Origin: Octopus bimaculoides
Lineage: Eukaryota
Direction of reading: 5' to 3'
Assembly: GCF_001194135.2 (NCBI RefSeq)
Contig: NC_068981.1
Location: 13,771,840-13,835,839, forward strand
Length of the DNA stretch: 64,000 bases
Below are positions 1 through 12,049 of the stretch, one piece after another. Position 1 is the stretch's first letter. The number at the start of each line of letters is the position of its first letter. The notes below the pieces were generated by a model. It ran no database searches, was not told the origin of the DNA, and worked only from the letters and a program-made list of their open reading frames with translations. Made by a program: the position numbers and the translations under genes.

Positions 1-719
1 GATAAGGCATGTAACTGGTTACAAAAGCCATAAATAACGTTGATAATGCGGGATGGAAAGAAGGAAGTCTGTTCGGAAAGTAGATGTGTACAATTTAAAT
101 ATACACCAATCCCTAGTTGGTCTTTGTTATTCTAATACACTTTTGCTCTTTTACGTTCTTTCTCAGCCTCACAACATACTTCTCTTCTCTCTCTGTCTTT
201 CTCTGATTCCTCTTTCATTTTAGGTTTGCTTATCGTTATCTCCAGCTTTTATCACTTCAGACAATACCACAACGAGCAGTTATGAATTATATACTAAAAT
301 GCCCAAACAGAAATACTACCAAAGGCACACCTCACAATCACACAAAACACACGTTCAAACACATACATTCAGGCGTAAGTCTTTATATATATGTATGTAT
401 ATGTGATATATGTATATGTAAATGTGCTTGTGTGTAAAATATTAAATATATGAGGCTATTGTAAGCGATAAGAGACAAGAAGATAAAGACAAGCCGCTTA
501 CATCAAATAATGCAATATATATACTAAATATTATTATCAGGTTTCTAGAGGCCGCACGTTCATAGCAATACAGCCCTGCGTTTCTTCTTCCTCGACGCAC
601 GGTAGAAAGATTTGTATCGTAAAGCACATAAGAGATACACACTCACACACATGCACAAACGCGCACACACATACATATATGTATGTATATGTGAGTGTGT
701 GTGTATGCGATTACTCATG

Positions 720-1240
720 GCAATGCGGTTAGCGCATTCGGCTCACGCTCGTAAGGTGGTAAGTTGGATTAACGGAAGTGCGTTGTATCTTTGAGCAAGA
801 TACTGTATTTCACGTTGCTTCAGTCCACTCTGCATGCAAACTCGAATTCTGACCGCAATTCAATGGACGAGCCTATCACATTCTGTGCCACACTGATTCT
901 CACAGAGAACTACGTGTAGGATGCGCGTATCTTATTTCTTTATTGCCCATAAGGGGCTAAACATAGAGGGGACAAAGGGATTAAGTCGATTACATCGACC
1001 CCATTGCGTAACTGGTACTTAATTTATCGACCCCGAAAGTATGAAAGGCAACGTCGACCTCGGTGGAACTTGAACTCAGAACGTAAAGACAGACTAAATA
1101 CCGTTAAGCATTTCGCCCGGCGTGCTAACGTTTCTGCCAGCTCGCCGCCTTATCTGTGGAGTTCTCAGCCACTTGTAAGTTAATTACACGGGCAGGTCGT
1201 TCCATTCATCGGATCAAGTCGAGCACTCACCATCATGATC
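720..1240 (+). mobile_element. Old SINE family 4 (different head and central domain, family-2 3' body), interrupted by the 932-1150 insertion
   Basis: TTGAGCAAGATACTGTATTTCACGTTGCTTCAGTCCACTC domain; body resumes TATCTGTGGAG..CTCAGCCACTTG after 1150. Confidence 0.65.
932..1150 (-). mobile_element. tRNA-headed SINE family 1 (CORE-like body), tail type A, nested in a family-4 SINE
   Basis: Box A-like GGCGAGCTGGCAGAA, box B GAGTTCAAGTTCC, body GCCTTTCAT.CTTTCGGGGTCGAT; TATCT duplicated at the flanks. Confidence 0.85.
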
Positions 1241-1704
1241 TGTCTGTTGCTAAAGTAATCTTTGATAACCATGTCACCTATGATAATCAAGCGCTGTGTT
1301 ACCTAACACCAAACTTTAGAATTACTTAGCGCAGGTAAATCCCGTTTCTAAGCTTTCCAAAGCCATGAACATAACAATACCCACTAGAGATAGAAACATA
1401 GATCCTAATCCCCTATCCTATAGCAAACAACTTACATAACACGTCCAATGTGCTCGTTCTAAGCCCAAGAGAACTCATACCTTATACATTCCTTGGCATA
1501 GGAATGTATCACAGTAGATTACTTGATAAAAGTGGGGAGGGAAATGGGCTAACCATGAGAACTCTTTCGTACTGCGTCCTTAATCCATCTGTGTTGTCTC
1601 GTCTCACGCCTTCCGTACGTCCTTCATTTCGGAGTGAGACGTGTGATAGCCGTATCGACTTTGTGGAAACCTGTCAAGTATGTATGTATATACTAGTGTG
1701 TATA

Positions 1705-2088
1705 GAGGAGTCGCAATAGCTTAGTGGTTAGGACAGCGGACTTGCGATCGTGGGATCACAGTTTCGACTCCCAGACCGGGCGTTGTGAGTATTTATTGAG
1801 CGAAAACACCTAAAGCTCTACGAGGCTCTGGTAGGGGACGGCAGCGAACCCTGCTGTACTCTTTCACCGCAAATTTCTCTCACTCTTTCTTCCTGTTTCT
1901 GTTGTACCTGTATTTCAAAGGGTCAGTCTTGTCACACTCTGTATCACGCTGAATCTCCCCGAGAAATACGTTAAGGATACACGTGTCTGTGGAATGCTCA
2001 GCCACTTGCACGTTAATTTCACGAGCAGGTTGTTCCTTTGATTGCATCAACTGGAGCCCTCGTCGTCGTAACCGACGGAGTGCCACGA
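1705..2088 (+). mobile_element. tRNA-headed SINE family 2, full length
   Basis: Head TAGCTTAGTGGTTAGG...GTTTCGACTCC, body GCACGTTAATTTCACGAGCAGG, tail CGTCGTCGTAACCGACGGAGTGCCA. Confidence 0.85.
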
Positions 2089-2385
2089 CTTATGTGTATG
2101 TCTTTGTTTAGGTTTATCTTCTGCCACCGCTTGGCAAACGGTGTTGTTTTCTTTATGCGCCCACAACGTACCGGCTCGGCAATAGAGACCGATGAAATAA
2201 GAACCGAATTATATAAAGACACACACACACACATGTATATATTACTGGGGTAGATTTCTTCGACTAAAAACCATTCAATATGGTGCCCCAGCATGATGAG
2301 TGAGTAGATATGTGAGAAGAATGTTACCTGACGTTTGTGGTCGGGATATATTAAGTAATATTTATATCATTATTAAATCAAGGCA

Positions 2386-2605
2386 AGGGTGGCGAGCTGG
2401 CAAAATCGTTAGTACTCCGGGCGAAATGCTTGGTGGTATTTCGTATGCCGCTATGTTCTGAGTTCAAATTCCGCCGAGGTCAACTTTGCCTTTCATCCTT
2501 TCGGGTTCGATGAATTAAGTACTAGTTTCCTACTAGGGGGTCGATCTAATCGACTGGTCCCCTCTCACAAAATTTCTGGCCTTTTGCCTTGAGTTGAAAA
2601 GATTA
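2386..2605 (+). mobile_element. SINE family 1, tail type B
   Basis: Same head and body; tail CCCCTC..AAAATTTCTGGCCTT. Confidence 0.8.
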
Positions 2606-2637
2606 GTAAGTCAAGGTAAGGTAGCAAACTGCTTAGC

Positions 2638-4334
2638 TGTGAAGTTAATACGTGAGTTTATGTTGAATTGTTTATTGCATTGGTGCCATTGTTGATTGAA
2701 TTATTGTTTAATTGTTGCCGTTGTTGATTCGTTAGTTGTTGTTTTGTCTCCACATGTGGGAAAATGGAGAATGCGTCGGAGGCAGGCCCCAGTTATGCGG
2801 CCACAACGAGCAAAGGAGTAGACGTGCAAGAGTTGGAGGTCCGAAAAATAAAAGTGGAGCCCAGAAAGATGAAGGAGAGTGAAAACTTAATCACTAAGGA
2901 AGGTAACATACTGAAGCTAACGCCACCGGAAGAGTTATCGGCCAACACGTTAAAAGGAACGGTAACATTTAAAACCATGAAGAGAGCTAATAGGAAAATA
3001 GAGATTGCGCCGATAGAAGCCATAGAGGAATGTATCAAGGAATTGAAGAGAGTTACAACATATGTTACGAGAGGGAGGAGATACGACACTGTGGAGTTGC
3101 GCTTCACAACGGAGGAGGAAGTAATAAAGCACCCCACAGAGGCAATAAGGACAGACGAATGGGTGCTCTTGCCTTCGTACTGCGGCAAACGTGTGGCCAA
3201 GGTGTGAGTGGGTAAGGTGCCACCCAAATTAAAGGAGGAATGGCTGATGACAGCCATAAGGTATAACATGAAAGGCGGGAAGATTCTGAAGGCTACAAGG
3301 ACCCAGAAGGTGAATTACTGGGAATATGGTATCGAATTAACGATTCAGGTAACAACGGAGGACTTGAATAGTGTGGGGGATGAGATTGTGCTTCCAGATG
3401 TGAAGCTGAGAGTTATTGTGGAGGGTAGGCCGCCAGTGTGTTTCTCATGTGGAGAAAGGGACCACATGAAGGCATGGTGCACCCAAAGAAAGCCACAAAC
3501 AGAACAGGAGGAGAGACATGAGAGTGTGGACCGAGTAGTACAGGACAAGGCAACAGAAAAAGAAACGGAGAAGGGATTCACTATAGTTAGAAAGAAAAAA
3601 AAAGGAGGAGTGGAGGAATGAGTTCTCCGCCAGAGAAGCAGAAAAAGAAGAGAGAAGAGGTGAGAAAAGAAACTGTGAAGGAGGGCAGTAGGAAGGAAAA
3701 AGAAAGTAAAAAGAAAGTGGAGTTACCAGTGGAGAAAGAGTTGGAAACCCAACTGTATGAAGGTGAGATGGAGAGACTATTTATAGGGGAAGAAAAAAGA
3801 GAACCAAAAGTCCAAGAGAAAGGAAAGGAAGATGCGAAGAGGAGAAGGAATATGGTATTATGTAACATACCCCAAAAATATTGAAACAGAAAAAAAAAAA
3901 ATTCAAGTTACACTCAATAGTAAGAGTGACGGTGCCTTCATACGTCTACGAAGAGGATATGAAGGCAATATTGATAGAAGAGGAAAACTACAGAAAACTG
4001 AAAGAGATGTGTGGAGATAACTCTGACCCGCCTGGAGTGGAGGTGGAATTTAAAGAGTTGCCACCAGTGGTGGATTTAAGAGATATCGAACCACTAATGG
4101 AGCTCCACTCAAGACAAGTATGAAATAAAAAAAAAGAACAATTATAAATAATACATATAACGGTTCAAATGGTACTGCGTGGAAGTGGGGCCCATACGTC
4201 CATTTTCATTTTTTCATTTTTATATAACTTCCATTTTACTTATATTCGATTTATGGTTTTTGTCCCCACTGTAGCCTTGTCTGTCCTTGTATTGTCCCCA
4301 TTTATGTTTACGGTTTTATGCCTAATAAAGAAAT
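2638..4334 (+). mobile_element. ORF1-only non-LTR element of L1/Tx1 type (half-L1-like)
   Basis: GT-rich 5' leader, decayed gag-like ORF, no ORF2, T-rich 3' region ending AATAAAGAAAT. Flanks TGCTTAGC and CGGTATTTCG rejoin the family-1 SINE head. Confidence 0.65.
2764..4123 (+). pseudogene. Decayed gag-like ORF1 with one CX2CX4HX4C zinc knuckle and a K/E-rich region
   Basis: ORFs 2764-3207 and 3208-3621 share a frame, split by TGA at 3205-3207. N-terminal SYAA motif and CFSCGERDHMKAWC knuckle. Later pieces 3618-3884, 3832-4020 and 3881-4123 join by frameshifts at or near A-runs. Confidence 0.8.
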
Positions 4335-4695
4335 CGGTATTTCGTCTGCCGTTACGTTACGTTCTGAGTTCAAATTCCGTAGTTGTCGATTTTGCCTTTC
4401 ATCCTTTCGGATCCGACAAATCATGTATAAGTTACACACTGGGGTCGATGTAATCGACTTAATCCCCTCCCCTAAAATTTCAGGCCTTGTGCTTATAGTA
4501 GAAAGGACTATTAATCAAAATCAAAGGCGGCGAGATGGCAGAATTATTAGCAGGCCGGACAAAACGCTTACTGGCATTTTGTTTGTTTTAAGTTCAAATT
4601 CCGCCGAGGTCGACAACCTAAGTACCAGTTAAGCTCTGGGTTGATGTAATCGGCTTAGACCCAGCTCAAAATTGCTAGTCTTGTACCAAAAAGTT
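4335..4695 (+). mobile_element. Two adjacent family-1 SINE copies (4335-4512 lacking the head, 4524-4695 internally deleted)
   Basis: GAGTTCAAATTCC box B and GGGGTCGATGTAATCGACT body motifs. Confidence 0.75.
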
Positions 4696-6079
4696 TCTAC
4701 AATTCTTTCTTGTTCTAATTTTTGTATGTTTTAAAGTATTTCAAATTTTCTATTCTTTTTTAATGAAATTTTTAATCCATCAATTGTATAATATCCTCAC
4801 TACTTCTGTTTCCGTATTACTTTGCTCGGTGTAATACGTATACCGGAGCTTCATATTTTTCTTTGTGTTTATTGCGCATTTTATTGGATGTTTTGAGCAA
4901 CATTGCAATTAACATAATCTGTTGTTGTTGTTGTTGTCTGTGGTGTTCATTGGTTGTTTTGTTGTTGGAGTGACAAGACGTGTCTTTTCAAGCTCTGACA
5001 TTTTTGGATTCCCCACAATTAACTGAAAACAAAGAAAAAAGAAAGTAACCTTCAAAATCTCAATGTTTGGGATTATTTTACAAAGAACAGATTTTACAAC
5101 AAAGTAGCATTTTTATTTTGCGACAGACTTTAAAGGGTCGTATTTTAATCCACTTTATTTATTTCTTTTTATTTTATTTTTGTTTTACAAACGTCGACAT
5201 TAAAAATATAATTGTCGGACACACCCCACTAGAAAATATGTGAACAGAATGTGATTGTTTATAAAAAAAAAAAAAAAGAAATGGAACGCAAATGGGATAC
5301 AGTAATTTAAAATAGGTACATATAAAATATGACCCGTCAATATCACAGAAAATATTGCACAACGATAAGAACGGCACTATCATTGCAAGCCCTAACTCAG
5401 AGGCACAGAATTTCTTCAGCAAAAGTACTGATATTGCAAATAGGGTCAGTTTTTCCCGCTACAAAAAGCAGATGGATACCTTTGATACGAGAATTTTTCG
5501 TAGTAAGTGACGCTTGGATGCGCAATGTCACTCTAAACTGCACATCTTAACTCGAGCAGTTTGTGCAACAGTGAGCAAAGAGCATGATTATCTATGTGCA
5601 CGAGTGTGTGCGTTTGGAGTATTTTTATGACTGTGAAAGCCTCCGGTTACCTCAAAAACACTTAGTGGAATATCTTTTAATGAAATAAGAGAAAATTCCC
5701 GTTGAATGTGATAGGGGATGCGTGTCTGAAGATGCGATTTACTGGTCCGAAAATGGATCCCAGAAATAAGTTGACATAAAAAGATAGATCCGTTAATGTA
5801 AATGTGTTCCAGTATTTACAACAGAGTAACAGAAAAGAGTGGTTCTGGATCACAGGAAAAATATTGATTACTTATGCGTTTTAACATTTCCTTTGCAGTT
5901 TTGATAATCGGTGAGAAGGGAACGAATGGTGACACGTGGTTAGTTGGGTTGAAGATAGACAAGGTCATCGTGGAACTGTAGCAAGTGAAAGTGCTGAAAC
6001 AAATGGCACGATACTCTTTATGCAGAGCAAAGGGCCCAGTTGTCGTAATTACGATGATAAAAAGAAAGTGAAGGCGCGT

Positions 6080-6365
6080 GGTTTCGGTATTAGGCTCACA
6101 ACAGTTCTATTTCTGTTGGTACGTTGTGGCCTTGAGCAAAACGATTTATTTCACATGGCTCCGTTCCACTCAGCTGTCAAAAATTATTTCTAGTAATTCA
6201 AAGAGCTAGCCTTGTCACATATATCTCGCTGAATCTTCCTGAAAACTAACTAAAGAGTATGCGTGTCTGTGGAGTGCTCAACCACTTGCACGTTAATTTT
6301 ACGAACACGCTGTTTCGTTGATCAGATCTACTCGAACCCCCGTCGTCGCAACCGACGGAGCACCA
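6080..6365 (+). mobile_element. SINE family 4
   Basis: CCTTGAGCAAAAC..TTTATTTCAC..GCTCC.TTCCACTCAGCTG plus family-2 body and tail. Confidence 0.75.
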
Positions 6366-7169
6366 ATTAAGATATTTATCAAAAAAGTAGAGATGCAGAG
6401 CATTAGATGTACGCGATAAAACTTAGGTTTGCCTAAGTTCGCTAATATAACGAAACTGAGAAACTAAATTGTGTTTCTCATTTTGGAAAGGTTAAAGTGT
6501 ATGTTATCGTGAAAATGGATTCCGAAGTGGAATACAAGAACGTCAAAAGAAACATTAAAATGCTCTTGCAGTGTCTACATCCAAATTTAAGAAACCAAAA
6601 ATTTGTATGACATTGCTACTAATTAATTTTCCCCGTCTGATTCACAGTAGCTACTGTATGTTGAGAGATGAGACATTGAGGAATATTCAAACATAGAAAT
6701 GTTAAGTAGTAGGTGTATTTTGGCCAACAAAAGAATATTTCAGTATATCGATGTAATTATTGGGTGTTTTTATGTCATATTTTAAGTTATTCTACGTAAC
6801 TGAGTTGCGATTATATATTCTTTAATTATATTTTTCCATACTTAAATTTTTTCAGTTCGCATACCAGTAACATTTTTGTTCTACCACACGTCGTTCTTTT
6901 AAGGCACTGTTTAGCATTTTATGTTCTTATATGTATGTATGAAATGGTACATTCTTGCCTTCGTGGTTACAGAAATTTCTGTTATTATAATCAATGTCAC
7001 ATTTTGAAACGGACCGACGTCACCTACGCCTTTTATTCTTCCGGAGTTGCGAATATAAAGAATTAGTTTAGTATTAGATTAGATATAATAACCTTAATCA
7101 TCCCTCCACAAAAAGGAAATAAAAATCATGTACTGTTACTGTTAGAAGCTATTAAATGTGGGGTATTGG

Positions 7170-7830
7170 TAGAATCAAGAGCCATCGACGTTCGACTCCA
7201 AAGATTCTGAAATCAAATACATTTGAGGGCAACTTTGCCTTTAAAATTCTTGCAACCTATAAATTAATGTACTGGTTTAGAACAAGGGTAGATTTAATCG
7301 CCAAGCCTTTCGCGAAAATAGATCATGACTTGTGTCTATATTAGAAGCACTTATTATTTCTATAAAAAATAGATTAGCAGGATCGTTAAAACGTCAGACA
7401 AAACGTCGTTCGGGAATCATATCCCTGAAAGGTTAAATTTCCATTTTATCATACCAGTGAACTGTAAACATCGATTTATCATCACCCAAAAACTTCAGAT
7501 TTGTACCTATGTTAGAAACCTTTCGACGGCTGTTGATTCGCTGCAGCGTCGGACAAAATATTTCATGAAATTTATTCCAGCTTATTACGTTAAGGGTTTA
7601 AATATCATCCTTCTAGGTTCAGTAAGAAAAAAAAATACCAGTTAAGTAGTGCCATCAAAACAGTTAACTAATACCTTCCTAAAATTGCTGGACTTGTACT
7701 TTATTTTAAAATTACCAATAGTAGTAGTATGACAAAATTCTTACAATGCCAGATAATGTATTTTGCGTTAGTTCGTTGCCTAACTTAATTCTCTAAGTCG
7801 ACAACCATCGTAGTCAACTTTACTTTTCAT
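7170..7830 (+). mobile_element. Cluster of degenerate family-1 SINE remnants
   Basis: Scattered CAACTTTGCCTTT, AAGTACCAG and ATTGCTGGACTTGTAC motifs. Confidence 0.5.
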
Positions 7831-8051
7831 TTATTTTCGACACACACACACAAACACACACGAAATTAGAATGACTCCCGAATAAGAAATTATATCATGG
7901 TCTTACAATTTCTTATTGCTATGTCATTCTAACTTCGTATTACTACTCTGTACGCGAAAGCGTTTTGTTCTGAAGCCAATGTATATTCAATTCTATCAAC
8001 AGGTTATTAGTATCACTACACGTAAGTGAAATCATAATAATAATAATATTT

Positions 8052-8258
8052 TCTACTGGAAGCACAAAGTTCTCAAATATGGGGGAAGGGATCAAGTCGA
8101 TTGCGTCAACCCCAATGCGGATCTAGTACTTCTTTTTCATCGACCCCGAAAGAATGAAAGTCAAAGTCGATCTCGGTGGAATTTGAACTCAGAACGCCAC
8201 GACATGCGAAATACCATTAAGCATTGCTTCCGGCGTGCTAACGACTCTGCCAGCTCGC
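8052..8258 (-). mobile_element. SINE family 1, tail type B
   Basis: Reverse complement of the family-1 head, body and tail. Confidence 0.8.
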
Positions 8259-8284
8259 AGTCGTGATGATCATAATAATAATAG

Positions 8285-8525
8285 GGACCTGTTGAACGGC
8301 ATAGGCAACCAGACCTAAAGAAAATTCTAACTGGGCCCCCACCTGCGAGGTCATGCGTTGTTTATCTTGATATGAGATCACCATTTCGCGCACATATGTT
8401 TGTAATGCATGTGCCTGGTGTACACTTATCAGACGGGTAGTTATGATGGGTATATTGGGCTTCGTATATTTTAACGCATGCATTTGATGGCATGCATTGC
8501 TCTCTCATTCAACAATAATAATAAT
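8285..8525 (+). mobile_element. 5'-truncated 3' end of a probable RLE-type LINE with AAT-repeat flanks
   Basis: Frame ends LGPTCEVMRCLS*, resembling the LG(S/T)xxxxRxxL C-terminal helix of R4/NeSL elements, followed by a ~150 nt UTR. (AAT)n lies on both sides. Confidence 0.45.
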
Positions 8526-9029
8526 ATATATCTATATTGTATGAGGAAATCTATTTCAGTCTAGCACTATACCACATAACCGTCACCAGTTCTGAAATCT
8601 TATTGATCGAATGTTAGAAGATATTATTTTTATTGATTTTATTTGTGGAGTTCTTATTATTTTAGGAATGACAACGAACGTTAACTTTTCTAAAATTCTA
8701 AGTATAATTAAAATTGTTATTTTAATCACCGCCATATGATTGGCACTGTTTTGTTTTAATTTTCCGCAACATTTAGACCTGGCTTCGCCTAGTCTTCTGC
8801 TTCTCTGTTACCTCGCTTCTGTTTATCTTTAATTAGATACGCTTGCTATATTAATAAGAATAACACAACTACGTTTTCATTGGCGAGGATCTCTAACTTT
8901 ATCTATTGAGGTTCTGTGTTCAAATACGAAATGCTTTGTTAATGTCAGTGAACGCTTTGCTAATGTCAGAGCTAAAGTGAACCTAAAACTCTCGCATTAC
9001 GCTGTTAACTTTGTCACATGACTAAATGG

Positions 9030-9211
9030 TTCGGGGTATTCGGCTCAGGATTTGTAAGGTCGTGAGTTCGATAACCGGCTGCATGTTGTGTCCTTGAACA
9101 AAACCCTTTATTGCACTTTGCTTCAGTCAATGCAGGTAACAAAAATGAGGAGTGCCTGTAATTAAAAGTGCCAGTCTTATCACATAGTGTGTCACACTGA
9201 ATCTTCCTGAA
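9030..9211 (+). mobile_element. SINE family 4, 5' part, ending at the Tx1-like ORF2 fragment
   Basis: GTGAGTTCGATA box B, TGTCCTTGAACAA domain, stops after CTGAATCTTCCTGAA. Confidence 0.7.
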
Positions 9212-11395
9212 TTTTTGTAGATTGGAGGATAGATATTTTATCTTCCAATCCCATTACAAGTGCGCAAAACCACACAACGGCTGCGAGAAATTTATTTCTC
9301 CATGCCAACCAGGAGGAGGGAGTGGTGTCGCGATTCTACTGAGAAAAAAATCTGGCTTTTGAGACTGGTACAATCTTTATTGACCCGGAAGGCGGGTTGG
9401 TCATCCTTGATGTGACGTTCAGCAGTGGTAAGACTCTCAAGCTGGTAGGTGTCTACGCACCCCACTATTTTAGAAACCTAGAAAATTTCTTAAGCACGTC
9501 TCATGCTTTTAGCATTATTAGATGACTTTAACAGAATCTGCGATGCGCGCTTAGTTTATTTTGGCTGGAATCCAAATAGGAGGGGTAACCCATGCCTCAC
9601 CGATGTACTCAGTCGATTTCAGTTGGCAGACCGGTATAGACTAGAATTTCCGGACGCTCCAGTGTGGACATGGACGAACAGCAACGGGTCTTCTAGATAT
9701 TACTTAGATAGGATTATAGTTAGATGTAAGGATATGAATATAGCTAGTTGCCTACAACTACATTATGTCAGCTACAGCGATCACAAACGTGTGTCCTGTA
9801 CGCTTGACTTAGGATATGTAGATAGGGACCCGGCTGCTGGAAACTCAAGCGGTCGCTTTTGTCCTGTGAGGAGTACAGGAACCGGATTAGTCAGCTAGTG
9901 AAGAGGGCACTAACCGGTGCCATTATTAAAAAGAAATGGTGGAAGCCCTCAAAAGAGCCATCACGTTTGAGTCAGTCAGGTTTAGTAATGAATTAGCAAC
10001 TAAGAAGAACAGAGTAGAAAGGGACTTAGTTAAGGCACTGGAAGAGGCATTGCGGACTGGTAGTGCGTCCCAAATTTTAGTTGCGAGATTGGCGCTCGAC
10101 CAACACTTTGAGGTTAAACATGAGGGGTGCATTGTTAGAACTAAGCTTGGTGCAATGGGACGAGAGGGGATCAACGCTGCAAAATGGGCCTGTATGGGAG
10201 ATACCACAATAAGGTCTATGACGAATCAACACGAGCAGTTGGTAAACGAACCCGAAGAGATGTGCAAAGTTTTTTACGAGCATTTCGATTAGATTTTCGG
10301 AAGGGGCGCTGGACCGGAGCACAGGATACACCTTACGGACTTCCGCGCCGGTTTGCTGCGTCTCTCGGGGCGAGAAGCGGAATGCTGTGAAGAGCCGATT
10401 ACAGCTGCGGAAATAGAGGATGCCTTGTCAGATTGTCGTGAGGACAGGTCGCCGGGATTGGGTAGTCGTCCCTATAAGCTATATAATAGCATGCCAGAAT
10501 TGTTTAGGCACTTGACGTCTTGCATCTTCACCATTTGGCTGCAGAATGGGTTCACACCCAAATCTGTGAGCCGGGAAGTGGTGACGCTGCTAAGGAAGGA
10601 CACAGACGAAGGGGATCTAGTGAATAACTTTCGGCCCATCACTCTGTCCAACGGAGAGTTGAAGATTTTTGGCCAAGGTATAAGCGAAAAATTGGCCCTG
10701 GTCGTGGGTGGACTCGTCGGGGAGGTGCAAACTTGCGCCATCCCCGGCCGGTCCATACACAATCCCCATCTTACGCACTATACTTTAGTGTGGGCAAGGA
10801 TGGTACACTGGTCCATTTAGACCATGCTAAAGCTTTCAATAGGGTAGACCATCGGTATCTAGTAACGATTCTCGCGGCGATCGGGTTGAGCCCGATCTTT
10901 CGCAGTTGGATCACTGCCTTATACAACATCGATTCGATAGTTCGGGTAAATGGTTTCTTTTCAGAACCATTTTGTATCATGCTCTCGGTTTGTCAAGGTT
11001 GTCCACTCTCTCCGTTTCTGTATGTGTTGACTCTTGAGCCCTTACTGCGAAAGTTGGAGGGTATGAGTGGGATCCCGCGAGATCTAGGTTGTGGACGATC
11101 AATGACGGCGTACACGGATAACATCACCATCATCGTATCTGAGGCTAAACACCCACAGTGGGGAGTTTAAATCGTTAAAAACACGAGGCGGTGGAAAGAG
11201 CAATATTTAACCGGGAAACGTCGGTCGGCTTGCAGATCGTCACCTGGAGAGGGAAGTCGATGCCGCCTAACAGCGTTGTCGGACGTTGGACGGACGGTCC
11301 TGTTAAAATGCTAGGTGTCTGACTCAGCTCAGACCTCCAGTTAGAGAAAAATTGGAGCGAGGTCACGAGAAGTGTACCCCATGTAACCCAGACCT
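9212..11395 (+). mobile_element. L1/Tx1-clade ORF2 fragment (APE endonuclease plus RT), frameshifted, truncated at both ends
   Basis: Decayed motifs LVGVYAP, LLDDFN, WTW..SR..LDRI, SDH, SPGLGSRPYKLY, NFRPITL, QTCAIPGRSI, LDHAKAFNRVDH, QGCPLSP, AYTDNITI. Confidence 0.88.
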
Positions 11396-11779
11396 TGTCA
11401 TACGTTTAATTTCATACGTTTAATTTCCTCTTTAATGAACATCGCATCACTTTAGCTTATATGTATTCATAGCAAACGCGTTTCATTGATGTCAGGGGAA
11501 TTGGAGCGTATTTATCATGAAGACACTATTTATAGAGGAAAGGGAAGATCTCTGATGGCGAAAACCAATTGCGAATGGATATTCACGTTTGAATCTGGCT
11601 CAACGTATTGAGAACGAATATATACATTATAATCCTTATTCTCGCTCTACTGCGTGCACCTCGGGAAGGATCCTTATTAACTCTCTGAATGGGGATCATT
11701 CTCAAGCTGCACGAGAATAACAAGCCTTGAGCTACTATTAGAAAGGATCACTATTATCATTGTTGTTACGATTTTTGAG

Positions 11780-11995
11780 GCAGTGAACTGACAAAATCGT
11801 TAACAATTCGCACAAAATGATTAGGGTTATTTCCTTCAACTCTTTACCTTATGAATGCAAATTCCGTCGAGGTCAACCGTAACCTCCATCCTTTCGGAGA
11901 CAATAAAATAAATCCCAGTTGAATATTTAGGTCAATGTATTTAGTTAACGATTTCTTAAAATATTGCTGGTCTTGTTCGAAAATTAGTAACCATT
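11780..11995 (+). mobile_element. Degenerate family-1 SINE
   Basis: CAAATTCCGTCGAGGTCAAC...CATCCTTTCGG...ATTGCTGGTCTTGT. Confidence 0.6.
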
Positions 11996-12049
11996 ATTAG
12001 CATTTATTATTACTATCATTATACGTTATCTATTTCATGCATAATTTAA

